This document shows, piece by piece, positions 19,099-28,131 of a stretch of 64,000 nucleotides of DNA. The DNA lies in the sequence record PX418213.1; one strand, 5' to 3'. Position numbers and translations under genes: made by a program. A model generated the notes under the pieces. The model saw only the letters and a list, made by a program, of their open reading frames with translations. It had not been told where the DNA came from and searched no databases. This stretch comes from a phage. Each line of letters opens with the position of its first letter. The stretch's first letter is position 1.

Positions 19099-19751
19099 AT
19101 TGATCTACCTAAAGATCTCTGTTGTGGGGAACAGAGCTTTGTTAAATACTCGTTAAATTTCTCAGAATCGGCTGCATCTACAGGATTATCTTTCCAAGCA
19201 ATACCAATATATCCAGCATAGATATTGTTTAGATTGAAATACGGACAAGTGTATATATAATTAAAAGTAACGTTCTTAAACGCAGGTATATTTAACCCCA
19301 TGTATTTATTTACTTTTACACTTAAATCCGACGCGTAGTTAAAGCCGTCTAAGTGACGTCTATATAGCTCAGACGTCTTATTTACCGCTTTATCGGCCAA
19401 GTCAGCCCTATCTAATTGCGCATTGCTTTCCCATGCAATAATGTTAGAATAATCATTAATGGCATCGGGTTTATACTTGACTACAAAAACAGCATCCGCA
19501 CCCGTTTGGGAAAAAAGCACCATGCTCTTTTCTCTAGCTACGTTAGGAAAATTACTTATCCTTTGAGTTTGAACATCCTGTAGAACTGCAGACGTGGAGA
19601 AAGTCTTTAAGAACGACATCACCTCACTAGTATTACTAACAAATAAGAAAATAATGACAGCAACTAAGATAGTTAGCAGACGTTTAAGAAGCGATGCTGG
19701 ATCTTTCGCTTCTTGGAGCAGTACCGTTAATAATTGTAAGAACTTTTCCAA
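19095..19751 (-). CDS. holin (T5-type, 218 aa, single TM)
   Basis: N-terminal TM LLTILVAVIIFLFV; ATGA-coupled to endolysin gene. Confidence 0.6.
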   Translation of the reverse strand: MEKFLQLLTVLLQEAKDPASLLKRLLTILVAVIIFLFVSNTSEVMSFLKTFSTSAVLQDVQTQRISNFPNVAREKSMVLFSQTGADAVFVVKYKPDAINDYSNIIAWESNAQLDRADLADKAVNKTSELYRRHLDGFNYASDLSVKVNKYMGLNIPAFKNVTFNYIYTCPYFNLNNIYAGYIGIAWKDNPVDAADSEKFNEYLTKLCSPQQRSLGRSI

Positions 19752-19922
19752 TTGTAACCTCCTCTAACCAGTACCATTATACTAATTTTGGAGGAAAATT
19801 ACAATGTGTTTTTAAAGATCACTTCTGGAGCATAAAATTTTGTCGTTGTCAAGAAGAATTTTACATAAAAGAAAAGCCAGGGTCGTTAAACCCTGGCTTA
19901 AAACTACTTACTCTTCGTTATG

Positions 19923-20507
19923 CTACTCTGACTGAGGTAACTGGGCTTTATTATATTGCTCAGATCGATATTTTGCCAAGATTTCAATACGCTTATGGAT
20001 TTCTTTGCTATCTAGATAGATATTTTTGTTGTCTTTTACCATCTCGTCGATTTCGTCTATTGAGAAGAACGGATAGTAGACATCTAGCATCATATCTTCT
20101 ACGAACTTGTTGTAAGATTCATAGGCTTTCTTGATTTCTTGACCCTTCTCACAGAATCCGCCAGAGAACGTGTGTCCCATTAGCGTAGCATGTGGATGTA
20201 CTACCCACCCATGGCAGGATAAGAAAATTGTGCAGTAAGCAGAAGCACTAGGACCAACCAGATGTCCTATAACTGTTCCACGGCAATTAGCAATTAAGTT
20301 AGATAACTGTGCAGCAGTATCAACATAACCACCAGGGCCATTAATCATCAGATTAATTTCGTCGTCCTCATTTGCTTGCATAAGTACCATTGATAAATCA
20401 CGGTATTCATCCGGCGGACCTAATTCTTCATCAAAGAAAAAGGTATACTCATTAGATTGGCGAATGGAGTGAAACAGGTTAGTCTTTTCTTCTTTTTTAT
20501 TAGTCAT
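19923..20507 (-). CDS. ClpP-like serine protease
   Basis: INGPGGYV and GPSASAYC motifs resembling ClpP oxyanion and Ser regions. Confidence 0.5.
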   Translation of the reverse strand: MTNKKEEKTNLFHSIRQSNEYTFFFDEELGPPDEYRDLSMVLMQANEDDEINLMINGPGGYVDTAAQLSNLIANCRGTVIGHLVGPSASAYCTIFLSCHGWVVHPHATLMGHTFSGGFCEKGQEIKKAYESYNKFVEDMMLDVYYPFFSIDEIDEMVKDNKNIYLDSKEIHKRIEILAKYRSEQYNKAQLPQSE

Positions 20508-20519
20508 AGCGATCCTTGA

Positions 20520-21272
20520 TTATCCAACTAGTGGTTCTAGCTCTAAGTCACAGAAGTTATAAACTTCTAGTTTAAGGTTATTGATACCATCGAATTTATT
20601 AACTAATTCGTGAGTAATATATTTTGCAGGAATACCACTTTCAGATGGATGATCTGATTTAATAGTAAACTTCTGCTCAGCGGGTACTACATTTACTATC
20701 AAAGAATCCATATCTAAATGGTTTGTTTCTCTGAGTAGCTCTCCTTCATTGGGGAATCTAACATCTGTTATTACGGCGACGTCTGGGTCGTCTTTAGCGA
20801 TGGATTGCTCCAGAATTATGAGCCAAATGCGTTCGTGCACCAGCTGTCTTCCTAGCTCTGTCCCTACGAGCTGTAACATTTTTCTCGGAGAAATAAATAA
20901 ACTGTAAAGTCCGTCTTCTTTATTCTCTGAGATAAGTTGTTGAGGATTAAGATATTTTTCCTCAAAAATAGGCCAAACGTACGAGAAGTCTTCAAACTTA
21001 TCGATACCGTACTTAAACCACACATCTCTGGCTCGCTCCAATTGAGATTGTGTGACCGTAAACCATTGGTCAATCTCTTTCCCCCTGCGCTCTCCTAGAA
21101 ACTCTGGAGTTACACCGAGGATTACGGATGCAAGTTCATAAACGGGCTTAGCAAAACTATAACGATGAGAAAAACACGTTGGATACGTGTCATTACACCA
21201 ATCGATAATTAATTTTGCAACGGTATCTTTTCCCGAACCAGCTTCACCATGTAAACCGACTAATACTGACAT
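20520..21272 (-). CDS. dnk: deoxynucleoside monophosphate kinase
   Basis: 250 aa; P-loop GEAGSGKDT at N-terminus. Confidence 0.65.
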   Translation of the reverse strand: MSVLVGLHGEAGSGKDTVAKLIIDWCNDTYPTCFSHRYSFAKPVYELASVILGVTPEFLGERRGKEIDQWFTVTQSQLERARDVWFKYGIDKFEDFSYVWPIFEEKYLNPQQLISENKEDGLYSLFISPRKMLQLVGTELGRQLVHERIWLIILEQSIAKDDPDVAVITDVRFPNEGELLRETNHLDMDSLIVNVVPAEQKFTIKSDHPSESGIPAKYITHELVNKFDGINNLKLEVYNFCDLELEPLVG

Positions 21273-21625
21273 TAATCTTTCCTATTGTTAATTGGTGGAT
21301 AATATACTAAACAACGTTTTTCTTGCAAATCTTGGCGATAGAAGCAAACCATACTTGTCAGTCGTGAAATATACGAATATTCTGCCTCACGGCATTTTGC
21401 CAACATATTCCAATCTTTATATGGTACAACAACTACTACGCCATCTTCCCCATTTGTAGCTAATTTCTTTTCAAACCTAAAGTTAAAGCTACAAGGTTGA
21501 AGTCCTTTAGGCCAGTCTACATGAGCTTGCTTTAACTCATGAGATGGCTCTGGTTTTATTTCTTCTGCACAGCCTGTGATTGTGATTGTGGCTGCGAGCA
21601 GTACTCCAAGTTTCCAGTTAAACAT
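21272..21625 (-). CDS. o-spanin-like outer-membrane lipoprotein
   Basis: signal peptide with lipobox (ITGC); 70-bp overlap with upstream i-spanin-like gene. Confidence 0.55.
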   Translation of the reverse strand: MFNWKLGVLLAATITITGCAEEIKPEPSHELKQAHVDWPKGLQPCSFNFRFEKKLATNGEDGVVVVVPYKDWNMLAKCREAEYSYISRLTSMVCFYRQDLQEKRCLVYYPPINNRKD

Positions 21626-22005
21626 GCTAATCTTTCCTCGAACTCTTTATTCTGCTTTTTAGCAATTAATGTTACCAATCCAGGCTTTGCAGCGATAACA
21701 TCTTGACGACTAAGAGCTTTATCTAGCTGCTTAATCTTTTTGTCTAGATCTGCTTGCGAAATATTATTCATTGTGAAATACTGATTCATTCTAGTCTCAC
21801 GAAGTTCGCTTTCAGCTTTCACCTTATTAAGGGAAGTCTCTAGAGAAGAGATCTTTTTAGTAGCTACTGCAAGATCTCCCGCTAAAGTCTCCACTTTATC
21901 TACTAAGTGATAAGCACCGAACCCGATGCCTATCGCTAGACCTGCTCCCAGGATGTACCACTTACCGTGCCATATTCCTGAAAGAAGTTTTTGTATCAAA
22001 TCCAT
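21556..22005 (-). CDS. i-spanin-like protein
   Basis: N-terminal TM (YILGAGLAIGIGFGAY) followed by coiled-coil-like periplasmic region. Confidence 0.55.
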   Translation of the reverse strand: MDLIQKLLSGIWHGKWYILGAGLAIGIGFGAYHLVDKVETLAGDLAVATKKISSLETSLNKVKAESELRETRMNQYFTMNNISQADLDKKIKQLDKALSRQDVIAAKPGLVTLIAKKQNKEFEERLACLTGNLEYCSQPQSQSQAVQKK

Positions 22006-22660
22006 GCGCTGCTAACCTGTCTTTATCTGATACTTTAATCATATCAGGCTCACCAGTTCCTAGTACACCGAAGATATACTGTTCGAGAACTTGGTGTAAA
22101 CGGTATAAGTTACTTTCAATTTCCTGCCACGGAATACCTGACTGATGGAAACGAATGTTAGTCTGAATCACGAAGTTACGAACATCATCGTTATCGTTCT
22201 TTTTAATACCTTTCACATATGCAATCGGTACACGCAGTTCGGATAAGATACGTTCTGCTTTAGGTTTTGCTTCAGCGAGCAAATCACGCATTGTTTCACG
22301 AACATCTCCACGACTCTTATCCATTAAGTAAGAGCGAGCATGCAATCCCATCTCTTCCATTTTATCGAACATAGTGTCGAGATTAAACGTTTTGAAGCTA
22401 AATGCTGGATGCCAGCAGTACAGCTCGTGTAACCAGTAAACTTCACCTGCAACAAATAGTGGGTTTACAAAGTATTCGAAATCACCACGGAAAGATAGCG
22501 AACCATCACGAAATACCTGGCGAGTATGCACAATGTTCTTTTCTGCATCATCGGTTACTTTAACCAGCAACTCCTCAGTTTTACGTTCCCACACACGATC
22601 TGGGTCGAACAAACTGTTCTGCAAATCATACACATCGGCGAACTTAGAAATAATCCTCAT
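21962..22660 (-). CDS. hypothetical protein
   Basis: 232-aa ORF downstream of promoter 22692-22720. Confidence 0.55.
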   Translation of the reverse strand: MRIISKFADVYDLQNSLFDPDRVWERKTEELLVKVTDDAEKNIVHTRQVFRDGSLSFRGDFEYFVNPLFVAGEVYWLHELYCWHPAFSFKTFNLDTMFDKMEEMGLHARSYLMDKSRGDVRETMRDLLAEAKPKAERILSELRVPIAYVKGIKKNDNDDVRNFVIQTNIRFHQSGIPWQEIESNLYRLHQVLEQYIFGVLGTGEPDMIKVSDKDRLAAHGFDTKTSFRNMAR

Positions 22661-22691
22661 ATTTAATCCTCTTGCCTCAATCTATAAACAT

Positions 22692-22720
22692 ATTATACAA
22701 AAGTTTGGGCATTTAAGCAA
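22692..22720 (-). promoter_or_regulatory. T5-type strong sigma70 promoter
   Basis: TTGCTT, 17 bp, TATAAT. Confidence 0.6.
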
Positions 22721-22730
22721 CTAAAATTTT

Positions 22731-22770
22731 ATTATAAAAATAGCCCAGTCGCAAAAGTGCGGGCTGGGCT
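22731..22770 (-). terminator. rho-independent terminator
   Basis: AGCCCAG...CTGGGCT hairpin with U-run on minus strand. Confidence 0.55.
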
Positions 22771-22814
22771 TTGTCATTATTTGCTTTTGCTAGTAAGTTG
22801 ATTTAGCATCAATC

Positions 22815-23195
22815 TTATGTAATATTAGTTTCTCTAGCTTTACGTAGTACCCCTGCATTTCTCCACAATTTGATGTCAGCAACTGTTTCTTTATACGGGG
22901 CAATGGTAGAACCAATTGGGCCAGCAACTAATAGCCCAAAGAACCCTACAATACGCATATAGAACAAACATTCTTTGGCTGTCATACTACTTACTGCTTT
23001 TTTCTGTCTTTCATCTCTAAACTCATGCTCTTGATTATCAATACGTAGATACTTAACAAACCATTCAGCAGAGTATTCGTCCAAATGTCTAATAATAGCT
23101 ATAGCATATCCAGCACCGATTAAAAACCAAGTTGTAACAAGAATTAGTAATATAGTCATATTATCTCCAGTTAGGGCTAGCAGCCACCTCACCAC
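22815..23195 (-). CDS. membrane protein
   Basis: 126 aa with TM segments. Confidence 0.5.
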   Translation of the reverse strand: MVRWLLALTGDNMTILLILVTTWFLIGAGYAIAIIRHLDEYSAEWFVKYLRIDNQEHEFRDERQKKAVSSMTAKECLFYMRIVGFFGLLVAGPIGSTIAPYKETVADIKLWRNAGVLRKARETNIT

Positions 23196-23269
23196 TTACC
23201 GCACTAAGGGGCACGACTCCCTTATCCGTAACAGTTGCAGGTGACGCAACTCGGTCCTACGCGAGTTCT

Positions 23270-23554
23270 TTAGGTATTCTGCATTTCAGCTTTAAATTTT
23301 TTCATATTACGAGTTTTTCTATAAAAGAAGAATACAGATGCTGGGCCTAGCAGAATATCCACAATAAATATCATAGATCTAGCACATCTGAGTAATGTTT
23401 TATCATCAAGAGGTGGCAGATCTAACGGTCGAGTTTTATGTATAACGTATAATATTACATCTTTATTCTTAGAAATATACAGATCATCAACCAAGCTGTA
23501 AATAGCAACTACAGATCCAATGACGAACCAAAGAGCAAATGGAGAGATAATCAT
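23270..23554 (-). CDS. membrane protein
   Basis: 94 aa hydrophobic. Confidence 0.5.
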   Translation of the reverse strand: MIISPFALWFVIGSVVAIYSLVDDLYISKNKDVILYVIHKTRPLDLPPLDDKTLLRCARSMIFIVDILLGPASVFFFYRKTRNMKKFKAEMQNT

Positions 23555-23847
23555 TTCAGATCCTTTTCATTAATTAGAATATTAGTAAACAGTGGAGTAA
23601 ATCCTAGACTCATAGTGGGTCCAAAGGTTTTCATAGCTATCCATAGCTGCATAGTAATCATCCCATCTTTAATCTCTGGATCTTTATATTCACCAATACG
23701 TTTCTTGGCAAAAGCAACTATGTCTGGGTTATTTTTATTTTCCTGAATATAGTCATGCCAAAATTGGGTATTCTCACTACGTAGGAATGTTAAAACATCC
23801 TTAGTTGCGGGAATCTGCACTGTGCTGTTGATGTTTAGTCTTTTCAC
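23551..23847 (-). CDS. hypothetical protein
   Basis: 98-aa ORF. Confidence 0.5.
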   Translation of the reverse strand: MKRLNINSTVQIPATKDVLTFLRSENTQFWHDYIQENKNNPDIVAFAKKRIGEYKDPEIKDGMITMQLWIAMKTFGPTMSLGFTPLFTNILINEKDLK

Positions 23848-24244
23848 GTTCTTCTCTCCTACGTTTACTTTCTTTCATCATATGAGCTGCTACAACTTCA
23901 TGGTAGTAGTCATTAATGTTACCTTCTGGCAAGAAATGCTTAATAGTCTCTAGCTGACAGATAACTCGATGAAGATGGTTATTTGGTAGACACAATTTTA
24001 TACCTGCAACAAATCCAGAGAAGCCTGGAACACTGAACATGGGTTGGGCCTCTACTCTACCTTCAGAGTTGATATTAAGCTCAATTGAGATACCCATTTT
24101 CATACTATAAAGCTGGCAATATTCTCCGTTACCAGACCTTGACCAAATAGTGAAGTCCTCATCAATTTGATCTTGGATTTCTGTAATTGCAAATTTAATT
24201 CTAGGGTCTAAATTATTCATCTTCACCTTCAAAGTCGCAATCAT
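23801..24244 (-). CDS. hypothetical protein
   Basis: 147-aa ORF. Confidence 0.5.
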   Translation of the reverse strand: MIATLKVKMNNLDPRIKFAITEIQDQIDEDFTIWSRSGNGEYCQLYSMKMGISIELNINSEGRVEAQPMFSVPGFSGFVAGIKLCLPNNHLHRVICQLETIKHFLPEGNINDYYHEVVAAHMMKESKRRREEREKTKHQQHSADSRN

Positions 24245-24578
24245 AACGACAAGTAAAAGAACTGGAGCTATTAGTACGTTGAGTGGTTATTTCACCGCGT
24301 TTGCTAATAGTAACGGCTGGAGTAGAGAAGTTTTTATTAGTATATATTTCTACTTTACCATTACGTTCCTTAATATCACGAACTTTACCATACTCGGTAA
24401 TAATGCCGTTCTGTTGGACTTTAACATTACCATTTTTCATAGAAACTTTGGTAGATGCCAGAGAACCGAAACTAACTGCGGAGATCATCAGTGCAATAAT
24501 AAACTTATTCATCTTCATCCTCCCCACTACAATCACGACATACATCATAATCGTTGAAAGAACGTTCGTGGGCTTCAC
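24213..24578 (-). CDS. secreted protein
   Basis: signal peptide MKMNKFIIALMISAVSFGSLAS; acidic C-terminal tail. Confidence 0.5.
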   Translation of the reverse strand: MKPTNVLSTIMMYVVIVVGRMKMNKFIIALMISAVSFGSLASTKVSMKNGNVKVQQNGIITEYGKVRDIKERNGKVEIYTNKNFSTPAVTISKRGEITTQRTNSSSSFTCRYDCDFEGEDE

Positions 24579-24786
24579 ACCACCAAGAACAAGAATCGCA
24601 GAGAAACATTTCGGTTTTCTCCAGTGCTTGACCTAAAAGATCATCAGCTTCCTCAGCAGTAATCTTCAATCCGCACACATCTGCCACACGTTCTTTAATT
24701 AAACGACCTGCTTCGTGGTAAGACATACAGGTTCCTGCAACATCATGTTCAAGAACATGAACAGCACAGTCTAGACGAGTTTTCAT
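24505..24786 (-). CDS. Cys-rich protein with acidic tail
   Basis: CDSCSWWC...CRDCSGEDEDE. Confidence 0.5.
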   Translation of the reverse strand: MKTRLDCAVHVLEHDVAGTCMSYHEAGRLIKERVADVCGLKITAEEADDLLGQALEKTEMFLCDSCSWWCEAHERSFNDYDVCRDCSGEDEDE

Positions 24787-24816
24787 TTCAAACCTCTCTC
24801 ATCAATTTATAAACAT

Positions 24817-24845
24817 ATTATAGCAAGAAAAGAGAGGTTTAGCAA
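24817..24845 (-). promoter_or_regulatory. T5-type strong sigma70 promoter
   Basis: TTGCTA, 17 bp, TATAAT. Confidence 0.6.
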
Positions 24846-24862
24846 ATGAATTATTTCAGAAT

Positions 24863-25210
24863 TTAGTCATAGCACCACCATAACCCGCGTTTACGCATGT
24901 CATGATCGCGATTATAATCATAATTTTCTGGATCTTTCATCACGCGGTGGAGTTCTTGACGATTCCCTTGACGAACCATTTTATTAGAATGCCACTTAAC
25001 ATTCTTACTAATAGAATTCCAGTTATAACCATCCTTTTTCTCATTACGAATGGTTGCTTCCTTCATTTCTTTTTTGATGTCGTCCCAGGATTTGGCATAA
25101 ATAACACGAATCCAGTAGCCATTTTCTTTGAGGAAAGAAAATTCTTGAGAGAATTGTTCTTTAGACTTCCACCACTGATCACCAGATTGTCTACGATAAG
25201 TACGGCTCAT
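24863..25210 (-). CDS. hypothetical protein
   Basis: 115-aa ORF. Confidence 0.5.
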   Translation of the reverse strand: MSRTYRRQSGDQWWKSKEQFSQEFSFLKENGYWIRVIYAKSWDDIKKEMKEATIRNEKKDGYNWNSISKNVKWHSNKMVRQGNRQELHRVMKDPENYDYNRDHDMRKRGLWWCYD

Positions 25211-25331
25211 ATTACCTCCATTAAGTCTTTTAAATTAACCTAATGTGGATGAATTTTATTATACATATATTATGTACCTTTATACAGAAAAACCCCAGAC
25301 TACTTATTCAATAGCTGGGGTTTGTTATTAA

Positions 25332-25637
25332 TTACAGATCGGGGCGTTCATCTTCGAACGCTACGAAGCCATCAAATTCATCGTTTGAAATACCACCAGT
25401 ATAGGTGGTGTCCGCAATCATCGCTTCCATTTTCCGGATCTCCGAGGTTTTCATGCCTGCTTTACTATTCTTATAATACTTGCGAGGGTTCCCACACATC
25501 CAACAAGAACAGATGCAAGGAGTAGTAGTGATAATACCTAACCGCTTAGGGCTTTCTTCATGTGGAAAGACTGTCCAATACTTCTTGCGGTTGTTCTTCA
25601 CACGTTGCCGGTGATGGCGTCTTAATGCTCGATCCAC
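25332..25637 (-). CDS. basic protein with Cys cluster
   Basis: N-terminal RRHHRQRVKNNRKKY and CICSCWMC; not a canonical CxxxCxxC radical-SAM motif. Confidence 0.5.
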   Translation of the reverse strand: MDRALRRHHRQRVKNNRKKYWTVFPHEESPKRLGIITTTPCICSCWMCGNPRKYYKNSKAGMKTSEIRKMEAMIADTTYTGGISNDEFDGFVAFEDERPDL

Positions 25638-25718
25638 ACATTTCTCCTAAAACTTGGGAGATAAACGGAGTTTGCTCGACTACCTTGCGTAGCTGGGAGA
25701 AATCGTATCCAAACCCCA

Positions 25719-26087
25719 TTACATCGCCTGAGTAAATGTACGACTAATAACGTCGTTCTGTTGTTCACGAGTCAATGCGTTAAATCGAACAGCATAGCCA
25801 GAGACACGGATAGTCAATTGAGGATATTTTTCAGGATGTTTCTGTGCATCCAAAAGCTGATCACGGCTTAACACATTGACATTTAGGTGCTGTCCACCTT
25901 CGATTTGAGGGGCGACTTCCACTTTGACTTCACGGAAGGCTTCGGGATCGAATTGTGGCGTGATACCTTCTAGATCTTCAACTAGAACTTTCTGTTTAAG
26001 TTCACCATTGTCGGAGTATAGCTGAATAATCTGATTTTCATGAACAAGGTTAATTACGCCAGATTTAAGATTTTGATATGCTTTCAT
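25719..26087 (-). CDS. grcA: autonomous glycyl radical cofactor (GrcA/YfiD-like)
   Basis: C-terminal ...[10 protein letters not shown]...[28 protein letters not shown] matches the GrcA/PFL glycyl-radical signature (RVSGY). Confidence 0.75.
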   Translation of the reverse strand: MKAYQNLKSGVINLVHENQIIQLYSDNGELKQKVLVEDLEGITPQFDPEAFREVKVEVAPQIEGGQHLNVNVLSRDQLLDAQKHPEKYPQLTIRVSGYAVRFNALTREQQNDVISRTFTQAM

Positions 26088-26129
26088 TAGATCTCCCCGA
26101 TGTTAGAATTTGGCTCAGCTCTTTATTCT

Positions 26130-26324
26130 TTATACTTTTCCATAGTATACGGAAACTGTCTTACCAGTTTGGTTCATGACATATGCTACTTCATCTTCTT
26201 TTAAAAAGATGGCTTGGTCTACTCCAACTATAGCCAATCTTTTATTTCTAGGATTAAAGCTTACACTTCTGCCTGTATGAATCTGTTCCCCATTCTTGGC
26301 TGACATTATTTTAATTGTTAACAT
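26130..26324 (-). CDS. hypothetical protein
   Basis: 64-aa ORF. Confidence 0.45.
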   Translation of the reverse strand: MLTIKIMSAKNGEQIHTGRSVSFNPRNKRLAIVGVDQAIFLKEDEVAYVMNQTGKTVSVYYGKV

Positions 26325-26361
26325 AGCTGCTCCTAAATTTAGCTATCTCTAGCTCTTTTAA

Positions 26362-26437
26362 TGGTAGTTAGTAGTGGATTTGAACCACTGTAGTCACTCC
26401 GTATGAAGGAGGTGCATAACCGCTCTGCCAACTAACT
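26362..26437 (-). tRNA. tRNA, anticodon CAT (Met or Ile2)
   Basis: T-arm GGTTCAAATCC, acceptor AGTTAGT/ACTAACT, CCA encoded. Confidence 0.6.
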
Positions 26438-26533
26438 GTTATGTTTTACTAGACTAAGTAAGTATTCTTTATACTCTTTAGACCAATTAGCTTTTTTAAA
26501 CTTTCCTGGACGCATAGTCTTAATTCCTAAATT

Positions 26534-26610
26534 TGGTACTCCGGGAGGGATTTAAACCCCCGATCTCTCGGTTATCAGCCGAGTGCTTTAGATCGCTAAG
26601 CTACCGAAGC
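26534..26610 (-). tRNA. tRNA-Ile (GAT)
   Basis: acceptor stem pairs; anticodon arm CTCGG-CTGATAA-CCGAG; CCA encoded. Confidence 0.65.
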
Positions 26611-26611
26611 A

Positions 26612-26839
26612 TTAACATTTTACAGTAGAACGTTTGCCATTTCTAGGTGCACCTGGAAGTCGTGCACGTTCTGCCATTCTTCGCTTAATCTTTGAGATAT
26701 TTTCTAGTGTTTGTTTTTCAAGCTTAATACCTGAAACACTACACCACTGATTACCATCCCATGCGGTAATGATCATAACACCATTACTCATAATCTTTTC
26801 TGTGAAAGTAATTCTCATTATAGCAACTCGTCTAAGCAA
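26612..26839 (-). CDS. hypothetical protein
   Basis: 75-aa ORF abutting tRNA; uncertain. Confidence 0.3.
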   Translation of the reverse strand: MLRRVAIMRITFTEKIMSNGVMIITAWDGNQWCSVSGIKLEKQTLENISKIKRRMAERARLPGAPRNGKRSTVKC

Positions 26840-27111
26840 GAGGTATATTTAAGTTTACCATCTTTATCTACTTTAATTTCGACTTCCGCTCGTGGTACTT
26901 GACGAACTACACCATGAATCATCTTATAGCGAATGCCTTTAGCTGGTTCACGATCTTTTGGAAATACTTGCTTAACCGTTACTACCTTGAAACCCTCACG
27001 CGGTGTTAACACTACTACTTGATCACCTTCTTTGATCTTCCAAGAGCTAGGAAATTCATAGGTATAGCGTTGACCACCAGTTTGGAACACAACAGAAAGA
27101 TAACGTTTCAT
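26818..27111 (-). CDS. hypothetical protein
   Basis: 97-aa ORF downstream of promoter 27142-27170. Confidence 0.5.
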   Translation of the reverse strand: MKRYLSVVFQTGGQRYTYEFPSSWKIKEGDQVVVLTPREGFKVVTVKQVFPKDREPAKGIRYKMIHGVVRQVPRAEVEIKVDKDGKLKYTSCLDELL

Positions 27112-27141
27112 TTGGTTTCCCTCTCATTAATTTATATAAAT

Positions 27142-27170
27142 ATTATAACAATAAATAAGAGAGAAAGCAA
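27142..27170 (-). promoter_or_regulatory. T5-type strong sigma70 promoter
   Basis: TTGCTT, 17 bp, TATAAT. Confidence 0.6.
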
Positions 27171-27178
27171 ATGAATTT

Positions 27179-27346
27179 TTAATAAAGTTTAGTCACTTCA
27201 TAAACTATACTACGAGATTCTTTATTACGTTGTATTAAATTAGCATATGCTTCTTCAGCTTCATTTTTAGTATTAAAGTCTATAACGTGGGAGGTATTAG
27301 CTCTGTTTGATTGGCTATACCAGATAACTACTAGGAGTTTAAACAT
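27179..27346 (-). CDS. small hypothetical protein
   Basis: ORF 27179..27373 trimmed to internal Met with AAGGA RBS so it no longer overlaps the tRNA. Confidence 0.4.
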   Translation of the reverse strand: MFKLLVVIWYSQSNRANTSHVIDFNTKNEAEEAYANLIQRNKESRSIVYEVTKLY

Positions 27347-27360
27347 ACTAATCCTTAAAT

Positions 27361-27447
27361 TGGTGCTGGGCACAGGATTCGAACCTGCAATGGGATTACT
27401 CCTCCTGATTACAAATCAGGTGCATTCAACCATTCTGCCAACCCAGC
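27361..27447 (-). tRNA. tRNA with long extra arm, anticodon TGT (Thr-type) in arm CCTGA-TTTGTAA-TCAGG
   Basis: 87 nt; acceptor GCTGGGT/GCCCAGC; T-arm GCAGG-TTCGAAT-CCTGT; class-II-like length unusual for Thr. Confidence 0.5.
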
Positions 27448-27612
27448 AGAACCCGTTATTTCAACGGGATTTCTTTTTCAATAACAAGAGACTTGTCAGT
27501 CATAACTATCATTGCCATTTGTTGTAGAAATTCAAAGGTGAAGGCTACACGTTCTTCACCAATCTCTACTTCTACACGTTTCTTTTGTTTATCGATCTTG
27601 ACTTTTATGTTA

Positions 27613-27864
27613 TCAGCCATTAGAGAGTACAGTACTGGTAGTTGGCAATACTACAGATGAAGCAACAGTGTTTAAATGCTTTCTCCAGTCTAGGTTAAAT
27701 TGTTTTCGAAACTCTTCATAAGGTTCTTCTGGATAAAAGCTAAAACCCCCTTTCTCATCATTCAGGATAACAGATCCGTCAGTTTGTTCGTATGCTCGGT
27801 ATGTTTCTCCAATAACAATAACTCGTTTATCGGTACTTTTATTACGAAACTCAAAAACGTGCAT
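27613..27864 (-). CDS. hypothetical protein
   Basis: 83-aa ORF. Confidence 0.5.
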   Translation of the reverse strand: MHVFEFRNKSTDKRVIVIGETYRAYEQTDGSVILNDEKGGFSFYPEEPYEEFRKQFNLDWRKHLNTVASSVVLPTTSTVLSNG

Positions 27865-27880
27865 AATGTTTCCTTAAAGT

Positions 27881-27956
27881 TGGAGCGGCTAGAGGGAATC
27901 GAACCCTACTCAGCGAGGCTTGGAAGGCCTGCGACACAACCCATGTGCTTAACCGC
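27881..27956 (-). tRNA. tRNA-Gly (TCC), tentative
   Basis: acceptor GCGGTTA/TAGCCGC; loop CTTCCAA; one mismatch in anticodon stem. Confidence 0.5.
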
Positions 27957-27964
27957 TTATTATT

Positions 27965-28040
27965 TGGCTGGAGAAGGAGGAATCGAACCTACCATTAACG
28001 GAGTCAAAGGCCGTTGTGCTAACCGTTACACTACTCTCCA
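27965..28040 (-). tRNA. tRNA-Gln (TTG)
   Basis: U1-A72 acceptor (TGGAGAG/CTTCTCCA) as in bacterial tRNA-Gln; loop CTTTGAC. Confidence 0.55.
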
Positions 28041-28046
28041 ATTATT

Positions 28047-28122
28047 TGGCTGGAGTGCCTGGGATCGAACCAGGAACCTTCGGAGTCAGAGGCCGACGAT
28101 CTGCCAATTGATCTACACTCCA
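28047..28122 (-). tRNA. tRNA, anticodon CTG (Gln-type), tentative
   Basis: acceptor TGGAGTG/CACTCCA; T-arm CTGGG-TTCGATC-CCAGG; loop CTCTGAC. Confidence 0.5.
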
Positions 28123-28131
28123 AAAATGCTA

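Noticed and set aside
11417-25525. Other plus-strand or nested ORFs in the minus-strand early region (for example 11417..11602, 11539..11826, 11844..12080, 12924..13172, 13666..13875, 15021..15251, 16839..17042, 17841..18038, 18219..18479, 18588..19156, 19694..20134, 20864..21073, 22533..22724, 24279..24636, 24902..25243, 25322..25525)
   Set aside because: Each overlaps a longer co-directional gene of the operon; no independent promoter or RBS
25332-25637. Cys-cluster protein as NrdG activase
   Set aside because: Its CICSCWMC cluster does not fit the radical-SAM CxxxCxxC motif and the protein is too short and basic; left as hypothetical
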